From an uncultured delta proteobacterium (GTDB taxonomy: Bacteria > Desulfobacterota > Binatia > DP-6), in assembly GCA_963815115.1 (NCBI GenBank), contig CAWFFN010000008.1, positions 32,001-96,000 of the forward strand: DNA of 64,000 nucleotides. The letters are read 5' to 3'. The notes under the pieces were generated by a model. That model was not told the origin of the DNA. It searched no databases and was given only the letters and a program-made list of their open reading frames with translations. This document shows, in pieces, positions 19,297-29,255 of this stretch (positions are counted from its first letter, which is position 1; every line of letters starts with the position of its first letter). Made by a program: the position numbers and the translations under genes.

Positions 19297-22050
19297 TCAC
19301 CCGGCGAGGAGGGCCCGGCGCCGCTCGCGCCGGCGTACGACGAGCTTGCGAGCCTCCTCGACCCACAGGACCAGGCTTCCCACCAGCCCGAGCTGCACGA
19401 CCTCCGCGAGGCTGAACGGGACCGTGTGGAACACGCGCCCGAGCGGCGCCCAGAACACGACCGCCACCTGCAGGAGATTGCCGGCGACCAGCCCGCCGAG
19501 CAGCCACGGGTTCCTGAGGACGCTCAGGTTCAGGGCCGACTTCCATTCGGAGCGGCAGTTGAGCACGTTGAACCACTCGCAGATCGCGAGCAGCGTGAAC
19601 GTCTCCGTGCGCACCTGGGCCTCCGGCACGCCCGCCGCCAGCCGGCCGATGAACCACCCCAGGCTGGAGACGACGATCGCCGGCACCATGACCGCCATCC
19701 GCGTCAGCAGGATGCGGGTGAGGAGCGGCTCGTCCGGCGAGATGGGTGGCCGCCGCATCTCGTCGCCCTCCGCCGGCTCCATGATGAGGTTGACGGTGAT
19801 GAGTCCCTCGGTGACGAGGTTGTTCCAGAGGATCTGCACCGCGGCGAACGGCGGCGGATGGCCGAGCAGCATCGCCAGCAGGAGGACGAGAACCTCCGCG
19901 GCCGAGGTCGAGAACAGCAGCAGCACGGCCTTCTTGATGTTCCGGTAGACGAGACGCCCCTCCTCCACCGCCGCGACGATCGTGGCGAAGTTGTCGTCGC
20001 CGATGACGATCTTGGCGGAGTCTTTGGCAACCTCGGTGCCCGTGATGCCCATCGCGATGCCGACGTCGGCCTTGACGAGCGCGGGCGCGTCGTTCACCCC
20101 GTCGCCGGTCATCGCCACGACCTCGCGCCGGCGCTGGTAGGCATCGACGATGCGGAGCTTCTGCGCCGGGTGGACGCGCGCGAAGACGGAGATCCCGTCG
20201 ATGCGCTCCGTCAGCTCGGCGTCGGACATCTTCTCGAGCTCCTGGCCGTCGACGACGCCGTCTCCGTCGCGCGCGATGCCCAGCGCCCTGGCGATGGCGT
20301 GCCCCGTCGCCTTGTGGTCGCCGGTCACCATGACCGGCCGGATGCCGGCCGCGCGGCAGCGCTCGACCGCGTCCTTCACCTCCGGCCGGGGCGGGTCGAT
20401 CTGGCCGAGGAGTCCGAGCAGCGTCACCCGACCGGCGAAGGCGGCGAACCCGGCGCGACGGTCGATGTCGGCGTCGGCGACGACGCCGATCGCGAGCACG
20501 CGCAGCGCCCGCTCGGCCATGCGCTCCGCCGCGTCGTGCATCGCGCGCCGCGCCTCGTCGTCCAGCGCGACCTCGTCGCCGTTCCGTCGCGCCGCCCGGC
20601 ACAGCCCGAGCACGACCTCGGGAGCCCCCTTGACGACGACCAACGAAGCCGCGGGCGTCTCGTGCTGGGTCGCCATCATCTTCGCGGCCGGGTCGAAGGG
20701 GATCTCCGCGCGCCGCGGCCAGCGCTCCCGCAGCGCGGACGGCACGATGCCGCCCTTGATCCCGAGCGCGACGAGCGCGACCTCCGTCGGATCGCCGAGG
20801 GCCTTCCATCGCGGCTCCGACTCGCCCGGCCCCTGCAGCTGGGCGTCGTTGCACAGAACGCCCGCCTCGAGCAGCGCGCGGATCCCTTCCGTCGCCAGCG
20901 GATCGATCGCGCGTCCGTCCTGCAGGAACGCGCCTTCCGGCTCGTAGCCGGCTCCCGTGACCGTCACCTCTCGTCCGTCCGGTAGGCAGAGCGCGGTCAC
21001 GGTCATCTCGTTTTTCGTGAGCGTGCCCGTCTTGTCCGTACAGACGACGGTGGTCGAGCCCAGCGTCTCGACGGCGGCCAGCCGGCGGACGACGGCGTTC
21101 CGGCGCGCCATGCGCTGGACGCCGACCGCGAGCGCGATGGTCATCGCGACGGGGAGGCCCTCGGGAATCATCCCGACGACCTGACTGATGCCGACCATGA
21201 CGATCTGCCCGAACGGCATTCCGCGGAGCACGCCGATGAGGTTGATGGCGAAGAACATCGCGATCGCCCCGACGATGACGTAGCGTCCGAACTGGGCGAC
21301 CCGCCGTTCCAGCGGCGTCTGCGGCTGCTCGGCGGCCTCGGCGAGCGCGGCGATGTGACCGATCTCGGTGGCGAGTCCGGTCGCGACGACCACGGCCCGC
21401 GCGCGCCCGGCCGTCACGTGCGTGCCGGCGTAGACCATGTTGCGGCGATCGGCGAGCGGGGTGTCCGGCGCCACGGGACGCAGGTTCTTCGGCACCGGGA
21501 CCGACTCGCCCGTCAGCGCGGCCTCGGCGATCTGCAGGGCGGCGTGGTCGAGGAGCCGCGCGTCGGCGGCGATGGCGTCTCCCGCCTCGAGCACGAGGAG
21601 GTCTCCGGGGACGACTTCGCGCGCCTCGACGAGCGCTTCCCGTCCTCCCCGCACCACGCGCGCCGTATGGGTCGCGAGCTTGCGGAGCGCCCCGAGCGAT
21701 CGCTCCGCCCGCCCCTCCTGGAAGGCGCCGATGACGGCGTTCAGGAGGACGACGATGGAGATGACCACGGCATCGCTCGCGTGGCCGAGCGCCAGCGCAA
21801 TGCCGGCGGCGCCGAAGAGGAGGTAGATGAGCGGGCTCTTGAACTGGCCGAGGAAGACCGAGGCGAGGGAGCGGCGGCTGGGCTCCGGCAGCGCGTTCGG
21901 CCCGAAGCGGTCGAGCCTGCGGGCGGCCTCCTCGGCCGAGACGCCGGCGTGGCCGTCCGACTCGACGGCCGCCACGGCCTCTTCCGCGTGCAGCGCGTGC
22001 CAGCGACGGTGTCGATCGTCGCGCGCCCGGTCGGGGGACCCTCCGTGCAC
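19297..22050 (-). CDS. Cation-transporting P-type ATPase (type IIA-like)
   Basis: TGES, IPEGLP, DKTGTLT, KGAPE, TGD, TGDGVNDAPAL. Start approximate. Confidence 0.93.
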   Translation of the reverse strand: MHGGSPDRARDDRHRRWHALHAEEAVAAVESDGHAGVSAEEAARRLDRFGPNALPEPSRRSLASVFLGQFKSPLIYLLFGAAGIALALGHASDAVVISIVVLLNAVIGAFQEGRAERSLGALRKLATHTARVVRGGREALVEAREVVPGDLLVLEAGDAIAADARLLDHAALQIAEAALTGESVPVPKNLRPVAPDTPLADRRNMVYAGTHVTAGRARAVVVATGLATEIGHIAALAEAAEQPQTPLERRVAQFGRYVIVGAIAMFFAINLIGVLRGMPFGQIVMVGISQVVGMIPEGLPVAMTIALAVGVQRMARRNAVVRRLAAVETLGSTTVVCTDKTGTLTKNEMTVTALCLPDGREVTVTGAGYEPEGAFLQDGRAIDPLATEGIRALLEAGVLCNDAQLQGPGESEPRWKALGDPTEVALVALGIKGGIVPSALRERWPRRAEIPFDPAAKMMATQHETPAASLVVVKGAPEVVLGLCRAARRNGDEVALDDEARRAMHDAAERMAERALRVLAIGVVADADIDRRAGFAAFAGRVTLLGLLGQIDPPRPEVKDAVERCRAAGIRPVMVTGDHKATGHAIARALGIARDGDGVVDGQELEKMSDAELTERIDGISVFARVHPAQKLRIVDAYQRRREVVAMTGDGVNDAPALVKADVGIAMGITGTEVAKDSAKIVIGDDNFATIVAAVEEGRLVYRNIKKAVLLLFSTSAAEVLVLLLAMLLGHPPPFAAVQILWNNLVTEGLITVNLIMEPAEGDEMRRPPISPDEPLLTRILLTRMAVMVPAIVVSSLGWFIGRLAAGVPEAQVRTETFTLLAICEWFNVLNCRSEWKSALNLSVLRNPWLLGGLVAGNLLQVAVVFWAPLGRVFHTVPFSLAEVVQLGLVGSLVLWVEEARKLVVRRRERRRALLAG

Positions 22051-22355
22051 TCGACAGTCTCGTAGTCGACGGCGACGCGGGAGTCGAGCGCGGGGCGTAC
22101 GTCGCGTCCCCCGGTTCTGCCAGCGTGACGTCCCTGGGGGTGTCAGTCTACCAAGCGTGCTCGCGGACCGCAGGGTCCGCGGCGACAATCACGGGTGCGC
22201 ACGGGACGTCGGGTCCAACTTGTTAGCGGGCTTCGCGCACCATGCAATGCTCGACCTCGGTGCCGGCAGCGGCGCCGTACCAGTTTCCTCCCTCGCGGGT
22301 CGACCCCACGGGTCGGTGGGAACTTGTTACGGAAGGGTGGCTGGCCTCGTAGACG

Positions 22356-22410
22356 CGCCGGGCAGCCGGCTGGCAGGCGCGAAGGGCGAATACCCGTTTC
22401 GTGCGTCCTT
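22356..22410 (+). repeat. Dispersed ~55-bp repeat copy C
   Basis: CGCCGGGCAGCCGGCTGGCAGGCGCGAAGGGCGAATACCCGTTTCGTGCGTCCT, directly preceding a 5'-truncated gene. Confidence 0.55.
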
Positions 22411-22419
22411 CATCCGGTC

Positions 22420-23120
22420 CTCTCGGACTTCGGCATGCAACCGCTCTCGGGCACCGAGTACGGCGGCATGCTCGCCGAGCTCGTCCGCGTGCCGCACGCC
22501 GACGCGATGCTCGCACCGATCTCCTCGACGCTCGACCCGGTCGCGCTCGCGAGTGTCTCCGACAACGTGCTCGACGGCTATCGCGCCGTCGCACCGCATC
22601 TCGCGCACCGCCCCGGCTCCGAGATCCTGATCGTGACGCACGGCCTGAAGAGCGTCCCGCTCTACGCCGCCCTCACGGCCATCGCGCTCGGCGCCGAGCG
22701 GGTCAATTTCGCGAGCAACGACGACGAGGTGCTCGAGGTCGCCCGGCGCCTCGGTGCGCGACCGATCCGCTCGGACTTCGGAAAGCCGGAACGCCGCTAC
22801 CCGATCGTCGTCGATGCCGGTCTCACCGCCGAGGGCCTCCGGTACGCCATTCGATCGACCGAGCCCGAGGGCATCCTCCAGAGCGTCAGCTTCTATGCCG
22901 GTGGCGACATGCCGGTGCCGCTGGGTCGCCTCTACACGCTCGGCATTCGCTTCTTCACGGGCCGCGCGCACTCCGTGGCGCTGCTCCCCGAGGTCCTTCC
23001 CCTGATCGAGCAGCGACGATTGCAGCCCGAGAAGGTGACCACCCGCGTCGCGTCGACTGGGACGATGCGCCGCAGGCCTTCGTCGAGCCCGCGATCAAGC
23101 TGATCGTGCGTCGCGACTGA
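22420..23120 (+). pseudogene. Zn-binding (MDR) alcohol dehydrogenase, 5'-truncated and frameshifted near 23050
   Basis: YGGMLAELVRVPHADAML, ASVSDNVLDG; C-terminus DWDDAPQAFVEPAIKLIVRRD lies in a shifted frame. Confidence 0.7.
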
Positions 23121-23183
23121 CGCCCGAAAGGAAGGCCGCCGCCGGCGAAGGCGACGCCGGCGACGGCCCAGGCATTCGTGTGC

Positions 23184-24251
23184 CTACTTGCTCTCGCAGG
23201 TCACTGTCGCTTGCGCGACCACGGCGCCGCTCGTGTCGACGATCTGACCGGTCACCTCGGGCGGTGCGCCCTGGATGAAGCCGGCGGCGATCGCGGTGGC
23301 TCCGGCCTGGACATCGTCCCGCTCGCTGTCGAAATCGAACTCGACCTCGTCGCCCATCGTGCTCTGGACGCCGCTCGTCGCCGTGTTCGCTCCCGACGTG
23401 ATCCGGGCGCTGTAGCTGCCAGCGGCGAGATCGTTGCCATCGACCGACACCTTCGAACGATCCGACCGCCGCTCGCAGCGGACGCGAACGACGCCCCCGC
23501 CGGCGCCCGGCAGCGTCGTGGTGGTGGTCGCCCCCGGCAGGCACGGGTTGGGATCGCAGGCTCCCGCACCGATGTTCACGCCGCCCTGTGCGCTGCACTC
23601 GGCGGGCGCGCGGTCCTCGCACTCCGGTCCGGAATCGTCGGGCAGGCAGCAGCGGATGTCGTCGTCGTTGGCGGGCGGCGTCGGGCCGCTGCACGGGTTC
23701 GGCAGGCAGGAGCCGGGGCCCAGGTCCACTCCGCCCTGGGCCTCGCACTCCGCCGCGGTGCGATCCTCGCACTCGGGTCCGGAGTCGTCCGGCAGGCAGC
23801 AGCGTACGTCGTTCGGATCGATGGTGCGGTCGGAGATTGCGGCCTGCAGCACGACCGCGCCCTCGTCGTTCACGACCGCGACCGTCTTGCCGCGCGGATC
23901 GACGCCGAGCAGCTGCCCATCACCGCGCGGGCGGGTATCGAACTTCGCCTTCCCCGTGCCGCCGCGACGGGTCGCGAAGGAGCCGATGCGCACGCCGTCG
24001 ACCGTGACATCGAAGCTGCTCAGGGGATCGAGCTTGCGTGCTCGCACCTCGAGCCTGCCGCGCAGGCCGTTGCTGCGGTCGCGGACGTCGACCCGTGCCT
24101 GGCCTGCGGCATCCGGGTCCACACCTGTCGCGACCAGGTCCTGCCGGATCGATGCCCCCTTGGCCTCGACGGTCGCCGGAGCGAGCCCGATCATCCCACC
24201 GAACGCGATCACGCCGAGTGCGGCGTTCCATAGTGTCTGCGTCTTCTGCAT
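23184..24251 (-). CDS. Secreted Cys-rich repeat protein, paralog 2 (2 repeats)
   Basis: RBS GGAGGAGG, signal peptide (TVEA|K), repeats at 23691-23801 and 23541-23651, TTTTTLP linker, same C-domain. Confidence 0.88.
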   Translation of the reverse strand: MQKTQTLWNAALGVIAFGGMIGLAPATVEAKGASIRQDLVATGVDPDAAGQARVDVRDRSNGLRGRLEVRARKLDPLSSFDVTVDGVRIGSFATRRGGTGKAKFDTRPRGDGQLLGVDPRGKTVAVVNDEGAVVLQAAISDRTIDPNDVRCCLPDDSGPECEDRTAAECEAQGGVDLGPGSCLPNPCSGPTPPANDDDIRCCLPDDSGPECEDRAPAECSAQGGVNIGAGACDPNPCLPGATTTTTLPGAGGGVVRVRCERRSDRSKVSVDGNDLAAGSYSARITSGANTATSGVQSTMGDEVEFDFDSERDDVQAGATAIAAGFIQGAPPEVTGQIVDTSGAVVAQATVTCESK

Positions 24252-24301
24252 GGTTCCTCCTCCGTTGGATCGCGGGCGCCGATCGCCCATCGCACCACAA
24301 C

Positions 24302-24409
24302 AGCAGGCCGCGTGCCAGCGAAATGCTCGTCGATTCGCGGTGTCGTCGGCCCGTACCGGGGGCAATTCCCCCACGCGGTGCGTGCCCACCCCCAGGGCGG
24401 CTGACCCCA
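24302..24409 (-). promoter_or_regulatory. sigma54 promoter and upstream activator sites of Cys-repeat gene 2
   Basis: Minus-strand TGGCACGCGGCCTGCT (24317-24302); 16-bp sites at 24358-24373, 24379-24394 and 24394-24409. Confidence 0.7.
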
Positions 24410-24475
24410 TCCGGGACCGCACAATGGGCCTTGCGCTCGGTCCGCTCCCGGCCATAGCGTCGCGGCGAACCCGGA

Positions 24476-25864
24476 ATGCCAACCCTCCTCATCGTGGAAG
24501 ACGAGGCCGTCCTGGCGCGCACCCTGTCGCGCGCCTTCGCGTCGCATGGCTGGACGGTGCACCAGGCGTCCACGGCGGCGGAAGCTCGCCGTGTCGCCGG
24601 CGCCCTGCCGGCGGATGTCGCGCTCCTCGACCTGCGTCTGCCCGATGGGAGCGGCCTCGACGTCCTCGCCGACATCGGGACATCCGCTCCCGACCTGGCA
24701 GTCGTCATGATGACGGGACACGGGTCGGTCGCCGAGGCGGTGGAGGCGATGAAACGCGGCGCACGCGACTTCGTACAGAAGCCGTTCGAGCTCGACGAGA
24801 TCCGGCTGAAGGTCGAGCGCGCGCTGGGTGTGACCCGCGCGCGACGCGAGATCGCGTACTATCGCGAGCGCGAGCGCATGGCCGGGACCATCCTCGGCGA
24901 GTCCGCCGCCGTCCAGAAGCTGCAACGCATGGTGGAGCGCCTCGCCCACGTCACCGCCGGGCCCGGAGGCCCCGCGCCCACCGTGCTGCTGCTCGGCGAA
25001 ACCGGGACGGGCAAGGGCCACGTCGCGCGGGCGCTGCACGCTGCGGGTGGCCGCCGCGACGGCCCGTTCGTCGAGGTGAATTGTACCGCGCTCCCGGAAA
25101 ACCTGGTGGAGGCGGAGCTGTTCGGGCACGAGAAGGGCGCCTTCACCGACGCCAGGACGGCGCGCGCGGGCCTGTTCGAGACTGCCGACGGGGGGACCAT
25201 CTTCCTCGACGAGATCGGCCACATCTCCCCGCTGCTGCAGTCGAAGTTCCTGAAGGCGATCGAGGAGAAGACCATCCGCCGCCTCGGCGCCACGTCGGCG
25301 CGGGCGGTCGACGTGCAGGTGGTGGCTGCGACCAGCCGCGATCTCGAGGCCGCGGTCCGACTCGGCGAGTTTCGCGAGGACCTGCACCAGCGGCTCGCGG
25401 TCGCGGTCATTCGCATTCCGCCGCTCCGCGAGCGCGGTCGTGACATCCTCCTCCTGGCGCGCCACTTCCTGGACGAAGCCCGCCGCCGGTACGCGAGCGA
25501 ACCGCGGTCGCTGTCGCCTGCCGCGGATGCCGTCCTCCTCGCGCACGCCTGGCCGGGCAACGTACGCGAGCTGGCCAACGTCATGGAACGGACCGTGCTC
25601 TTCAGCGACAGGGAGGAGCTGGGACCCGACGACCTCGGGCTCGGGGCCACGCCCGCAGCGGCCGGCCGGGTCGCCGCGGGTCCATCGGGGGAGGTGCGTG
25701 TCGAATTTCCCGACTCCGGACTCTCGCTCGAGGCCGTCGAGCGCGCCTTGCTGGTCGCGGCGCTCGAGAAGGCGGGAGGCAACCAGAGCGCCGCGGCGCG
25801 GCTGCTGGGCGTCTCGCGCGACACCTTGCGCTATCGCATGGACAAATTCGGCCTCGAACAGTAG
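24476..25864 (+). CDS. sigma54-dependent response regulator (NtrC/AtoC/ZraR type)
   Basis: Receiver (EDE, LLDLRLPD, KPF), [28 protein letters not shown], Fis HTH. Confidence 0.95.
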   Translation: MPTLLIVEDEAVLARTLSRAFASHGWTVHQASTAAEARRVAGALPADVALLDLRLPDGSGLDVLADIGTSAPDLAVVMMTGHGSVAEAVEAMKRGARDFVQKPFELDEIRLKVERALGVTRARREIAYYRERERMAGTILGESAAVQKLQRMVERLAHVTAGPGGPAPTVLLLGETGTGKGHVARALHAAGGRRDGPFVEVNCTALPENLVEAELFGHEKGAFTDARTARAGLFETADGGTIFLDEIGHISPLLQSKFLKAIEEKTIRRLGATSARAVDVQVVAATSRDLEAAVRLGEFREDLHQRLAVAVIRIPPLRERGRDILLLARHFLDEARRRYASEPRSLSPAADAVLLAHAWPGNVRELANVMERTVLFSDREELGPDDLGLGATPAAAGRVAAGPSGEVRVEFPDSGLSLEAVERALLVAALEKAGGNQSAAARLLGVSRDTLRYRMDKFGLEQ

Positions 25865-25871
25865 CCGTTCG

Positions 25872-25965
25872 TGCGCGAGATGACCCATCCTCCCGGAGCA
25901 TGACTGCCGTGAACGCTGCTCCTTCCGGCACTTGGAACGAGCCGTGCACCGGCACGCGGCTTGCG
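25872..25965 (+). promoter_or_regulatory. Activator site and sigma54 promoter(s) for the secreted-protein operon
   Basis: TGCGCGAGATGACCCA (25872-25887); CGGCACGCGGCTTGCG (25950-25965); second GG-N10-GC box TGGAACGAGCCGTGCA (25933-25948). Confidence 0.7.
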
Positions 25966-25983
25966 ACGTGATGGCCACGTTCA

Positions 25984-26468
25984 TGCGTCCCCGTGCAGCC
26001 GCCGCAATCCTGGCGGCGCTGGTCGTGCTCGCCACCACCACCGCCCGCCCGAGCGCCACGAGCCCGACGCTCGTCGTGTCGGCCGCGAGCGGCATGCGTG
26101 CCGACGGACGGGTCGCGGTGACCGTGGAGGGGGCCTTCGACTTCCCGAACGCCATCCAGGTCGGCTACCCGCTCCAGCTCGTCGTCTTCCAGGACACCAC
26201 CTTCGTCCGCTTCCCGATCGCGGGAGCACCCCAGGTGGGCCAGTCGAGCCTGCTCGCTGACGGCCGGCTCGATTCCGACGACGTCCCCGGACTGCTCGCC
26301 GCCGGCAGCCCGGCGCCGGCCGACGTGCGCATCGTGTCGCTGTCCTCCACGCACGCGGTCCTCGCGCTTCCCGCCGGTTTCCACGCCGGCGCCGCCACGG
26401 TCCAGGCGTTCGCCGTGCTGTCCGACGGGCGCGTGCTGTCGAATCCCCTCGTGCTGGTGCTGCCGTGA
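25984..26468 (+). CDS. Secreted hypothetical protein
   Basis: Signal peptide MRPRAAAAILAALVVLA, beta-rich; GTGA overlap with the next gene. Confidence 0.75.
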
Positions 26469-28516
26469 GGACGGTGCCCGCGATCGCACTGGTGGCGCTC
26501 GCGCTCACGAGCGCGCGCGCGGCGACCATCTTCGACGGCGATCCGGTCGATCCCGGCACTCAGCGCGCGTACGCGATCCTGCCGGGCGTTCCCCTGATCC
26601 TCCCGCAGCCGGACGGGAAGTTCGACCCGCCGATCGTCGACCCGAGCATCGTCGGCGACGTCGACCTAGTCGTGCGTGCCGCCAGCCTCGGGATCGGTCC
26701 GGCGATGCCGCCGCCGGTGGCGAGCCCGCCGGTCGTCACCGCGGGCGGCCTGCACGTCGCGGCGGGCAGCGAGATCCCCTTCACCGTGATCGCCTCAACG
26801 GGAGGTCCGGGCGCAGGCGCGCCGCTCGGCGGCTCGAGCCTCGACGGCATCCCGGTGGTGGTCGCCGCGTTCGCCGATCTCGACGGCGACGGCGTCATCG
26901 GCCCGACGCGTGCCGACGGCGCGGCCGACGATGCGCGTGAGGCCCAGGAAGCGGCGTTCGTCGTCGGCCGACAGGTCGCACTCTTCAGCGGCGGCGTCGC
27001 CGAAGGCACGCTCGCGGTCTGGAAGGGTGCGCCCGCTTCGGCCGGCGGTCTCACGGTCATCCTCACCGCGATGGCCTACGTCGGCCCGTTCAGCCCGGGC
27101 TTCTTCGCCGGCAACGTGCCGGACGGCCCGGGCGTCGCAACGTCCCTGCCGCTCTTCCCGCGCCTCGATCCCGACCGGGTGATCGAGGGAAACGGACGCG
27201 GCGGACCGGCCGATCCCGACGAGCGCCTGGGCTTCGAGTGGGAGGCCGCCTTCGACGCCCCGGCAGACGACCCGGTGCTCGGCCCGCTGTTCGCGCTGCC
27301 CACCAACGGGAGCAATGTCACCATCGACCGCGCCGTCGTGGTCGGCGGCGCCGTGTCGCGCGCGCGCTTTCTCGACCCGGCAGGCCTCACGGGCTTCTCG
27401 AACGAGAGCGAGGCGTCGCTCTACCCAGGCGCCGGCGGGACGCTCCTCGAGCCGCGCTCCGCCATCGCGCTCGCCGACGACGGGCCGGGAGGTGGCGTGC
27501 CGGTCCAGCTGGTCCCGGTCGACGGCCTCGACAACGTCACCGACCCGACGCCCGGGACGGCGGCGACGCTGGTAGCTGGTCCGGGACTCGTCATCGCCGC
27601 GCCCGACACGGACGGCGATCCGGGCCGGGAGACGGTGGTACTTGGCTCGGCCGCGGGCGTCTCCGTCACCGTCGACGACGACGGCGGGACGAACGACTCG
27701 GGCACGTCCTCGTCGGTCGTCGTCGTCATGGGCGGCGCGCCGGTCGAGTCGCTCGCCGTCCAGCTCACGCCCGGAAGCGGCGGCTCGACGACCACCACCG
27801 TGCTGCCGACGACCACCACCGTGTTGCCGACGACGACCACGACGGTGCCTGCCATCCCCACCGTCCGCGGCGCGGCCATCGTCGGGGAGCCGGCGGCCCT
27901 GTCACGTGCCTGTCCCGCGCAGAAGACGATCGCCGCCGTCGTGGACGCCGGCACCGGCGGCGCCTCCGAGGTGTCGGTGACGCTCTCGGTGAACGGCACG
28001 ATCGCGCGCACGCTGTCGCTCTCCCCCGCGACGCTTCCCCCAGACCTCACCGTGCCGCCGGGCCCCGGCTATGCCGGCGACTTCTCGCTCGACAGCCCCG
28101 ACCTGGGGACGCTCCAGATCACCATCGAGGCGCGGAACGCGGCGGGAAGCGCACCGCCGCTGTCCTTCTCGTTGCCCATCGTCCGCGCGCTGCCGCCCAC
28201 GGTGCTCGCGCCCGTGCTGACGCCCTCGTCGCTGCCGGCCGGGGTGCGCTCGGTCGTCACCGTCACGGCCCGGGTCGGCAGCGACTGTCGCGTTCGCAAG
28301 GTGCGCGCCGCGGCCGACCTCGGGCGAGGCTTCCGCGGCATCGGCGCCTTGCGAGACGGGGGCAAGAAGGGCGATGCGATCGCCGGTGACGGGCTCTTCA
28401 CGGGCAAGCTCAAGCTGAGGCCCAGGCGCACCGGCACCTTCCCCGTGCGTGTCACCGCGCGCAATCGACAGAAGCTCACGGGCACGAGCCCCTCGACGCC
28501 CCTGGTCGTGCAGTAG
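26465..28516 (+). CDS. Secreted/surface protein with Thr-rich linker and C-terminal choice-of-anchor-X-like domain
   Basis: Signal peptide, DLDGDG and DTDGD Ca-binding-like loops, (TTTTVLP)n linker, LRDGGKKGDAIAGDGLFTG. Confidence 0.8.
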   Translation: MRTVPAIALVALALTSARAATIFDGDPVDPGTQRAYAILPGVPLILPQPDGKFDPPIVDPSIVGDVDLVVRAASLGIGPAMPPPVASPPVVTAGGLHVAAGSEIPFTVIASTGGPGAGAPLGGSSLDGIPVVVAAFADLDGDGVIGPTRADGAADDAREAQEAAFVVGRQVALFSGGVAEGTLAVWKGAPASAGGLTVILTAMAYVGPFSPGFFAGNVPDGPGVATSLPLFPRLDPDRVIEGNGRGGPADPDERLGFEWEAAFDAPADDPVLGPLFALPTNGSNVTIDRAVVVGGAVSRARFLDPAGLTGFSNESEASLYPGAGGTLLEPRSAIALADDGPGGGVPVQLVPVDGLDNVTDPTPGTAATLVAGPGLVIAAPDTDGDPGRETVVLGSAAGVSVTVDDDGGTNDSGTSSSVVVVMGGAPVESLAVQLTPGSGGSTTTTVLPTTTTVLPTTTTTVPAIPTVRGAAIVGEPAALSRACPAQKTIAAVVDAGTGGASEVSVTLSVNGTIARTLSLSPATLPPDLTVPPGPGYAGDFSLDSPDLGTLQITIEARNAAGSAPPLSFSLPIVRALPPTVLAPVLTPSSLPAGVRSVVTVTARVGSDCRVRKVRAAADLGRGFRGIGALRDGGKKGDAIAGDGLFTGKLKLRPRRTGTFPVRVTARNRQKLTGTSPSTPLVVQ

Positions 28517-28599
28517 GACGAGCGGGCGTCCCGGGACGCCGTTGCAGAACGCCCGTCCCGCGCCGCATGAGGCTGCCGGTTCAGGTGACGAGCTCGCCG

Positions 28600-29085
28600 C
28601 TACTGCGCGACCAGCGCGACTGTCGGGCTCGTCCCCGAGAGCCATGCGCGGTTACGTACCGTGGCGCGCACCGGGAAAGCGCCCGGCTGCGCGGGCCTCA
28701 CGCGGAGGGTGCCGGTGAAGAGACCGTCGCCCGCCGCGGGGTCGCCCTTCCTGCCGTCGTCGCGCAGCGAGCCGGCGCGGCGGAAGCCGCGGCCGAGGTC
28801 TGCCTCGAGCTTCACCTTGCGGGCGCCGCAGGCGTCGAACACGCGGACGGTGGCGGCCACGGTCGAGCGGACGCCGGCGGGCACCACAGCCGGGCTCAGG
28901 CTCGGCGCCAGCAGCGTTGGCGGCATCGCGGTCACGATCGGTAGCGAGAACGAGAATGGCGCGGCGGCGCCGGCGGCGTTGCGCGCGTCGACGGTGACCT
29001 GCAGGACGCCCGCGTCGGGATTTTGGAGCGAGAAGCGCTCGTCCCAACCGGGGCCCGCGGGCAGCGGCAGAACCGGCGGCGAGCG
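28600..29085 (-). pseudogene. 5'-truncated inverted paralog of the choice-of-anchor-X-like gene
   Basis: PAGPGWDERFSLQNPDAGVLQVTVDARNAAG...LRDDGRKGDPAAGDGLFTG aligns to the last ~155 aa of 26465-28516. Confidence 0.8.
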
Positions 29086-29111
29086 TGGTGGGCCTCAGCG
29101 CGAGGGCCGGG

Positions 29112-29204
29112 TGGGGCTTCTCACGCTGGTCGCGTCATGTCCCCCAGCCCGAGTGGCGAAGGCATGCCGTTTTCCGGGGCCGAGCGGGTGGCATGCGCGG
29201 TGCT
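29112..29204 (+). promoter_or_regulatory. Activator sites and sigma54 promoter of Cys-repeat gene 3
   Basis: TGGGGCTTCTCACGCT (29112-29127), CGCGTCATGTCCCCCA (29131-29146); TGGCATGCGCGGTGCT (29189-29204). Confidence 0.62.
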
Positions 29205-29255
29205 CTTGGAGCCCGTCGGGCACGCAGCCCGCAATCAAGGAGGAGGAAGACATCA

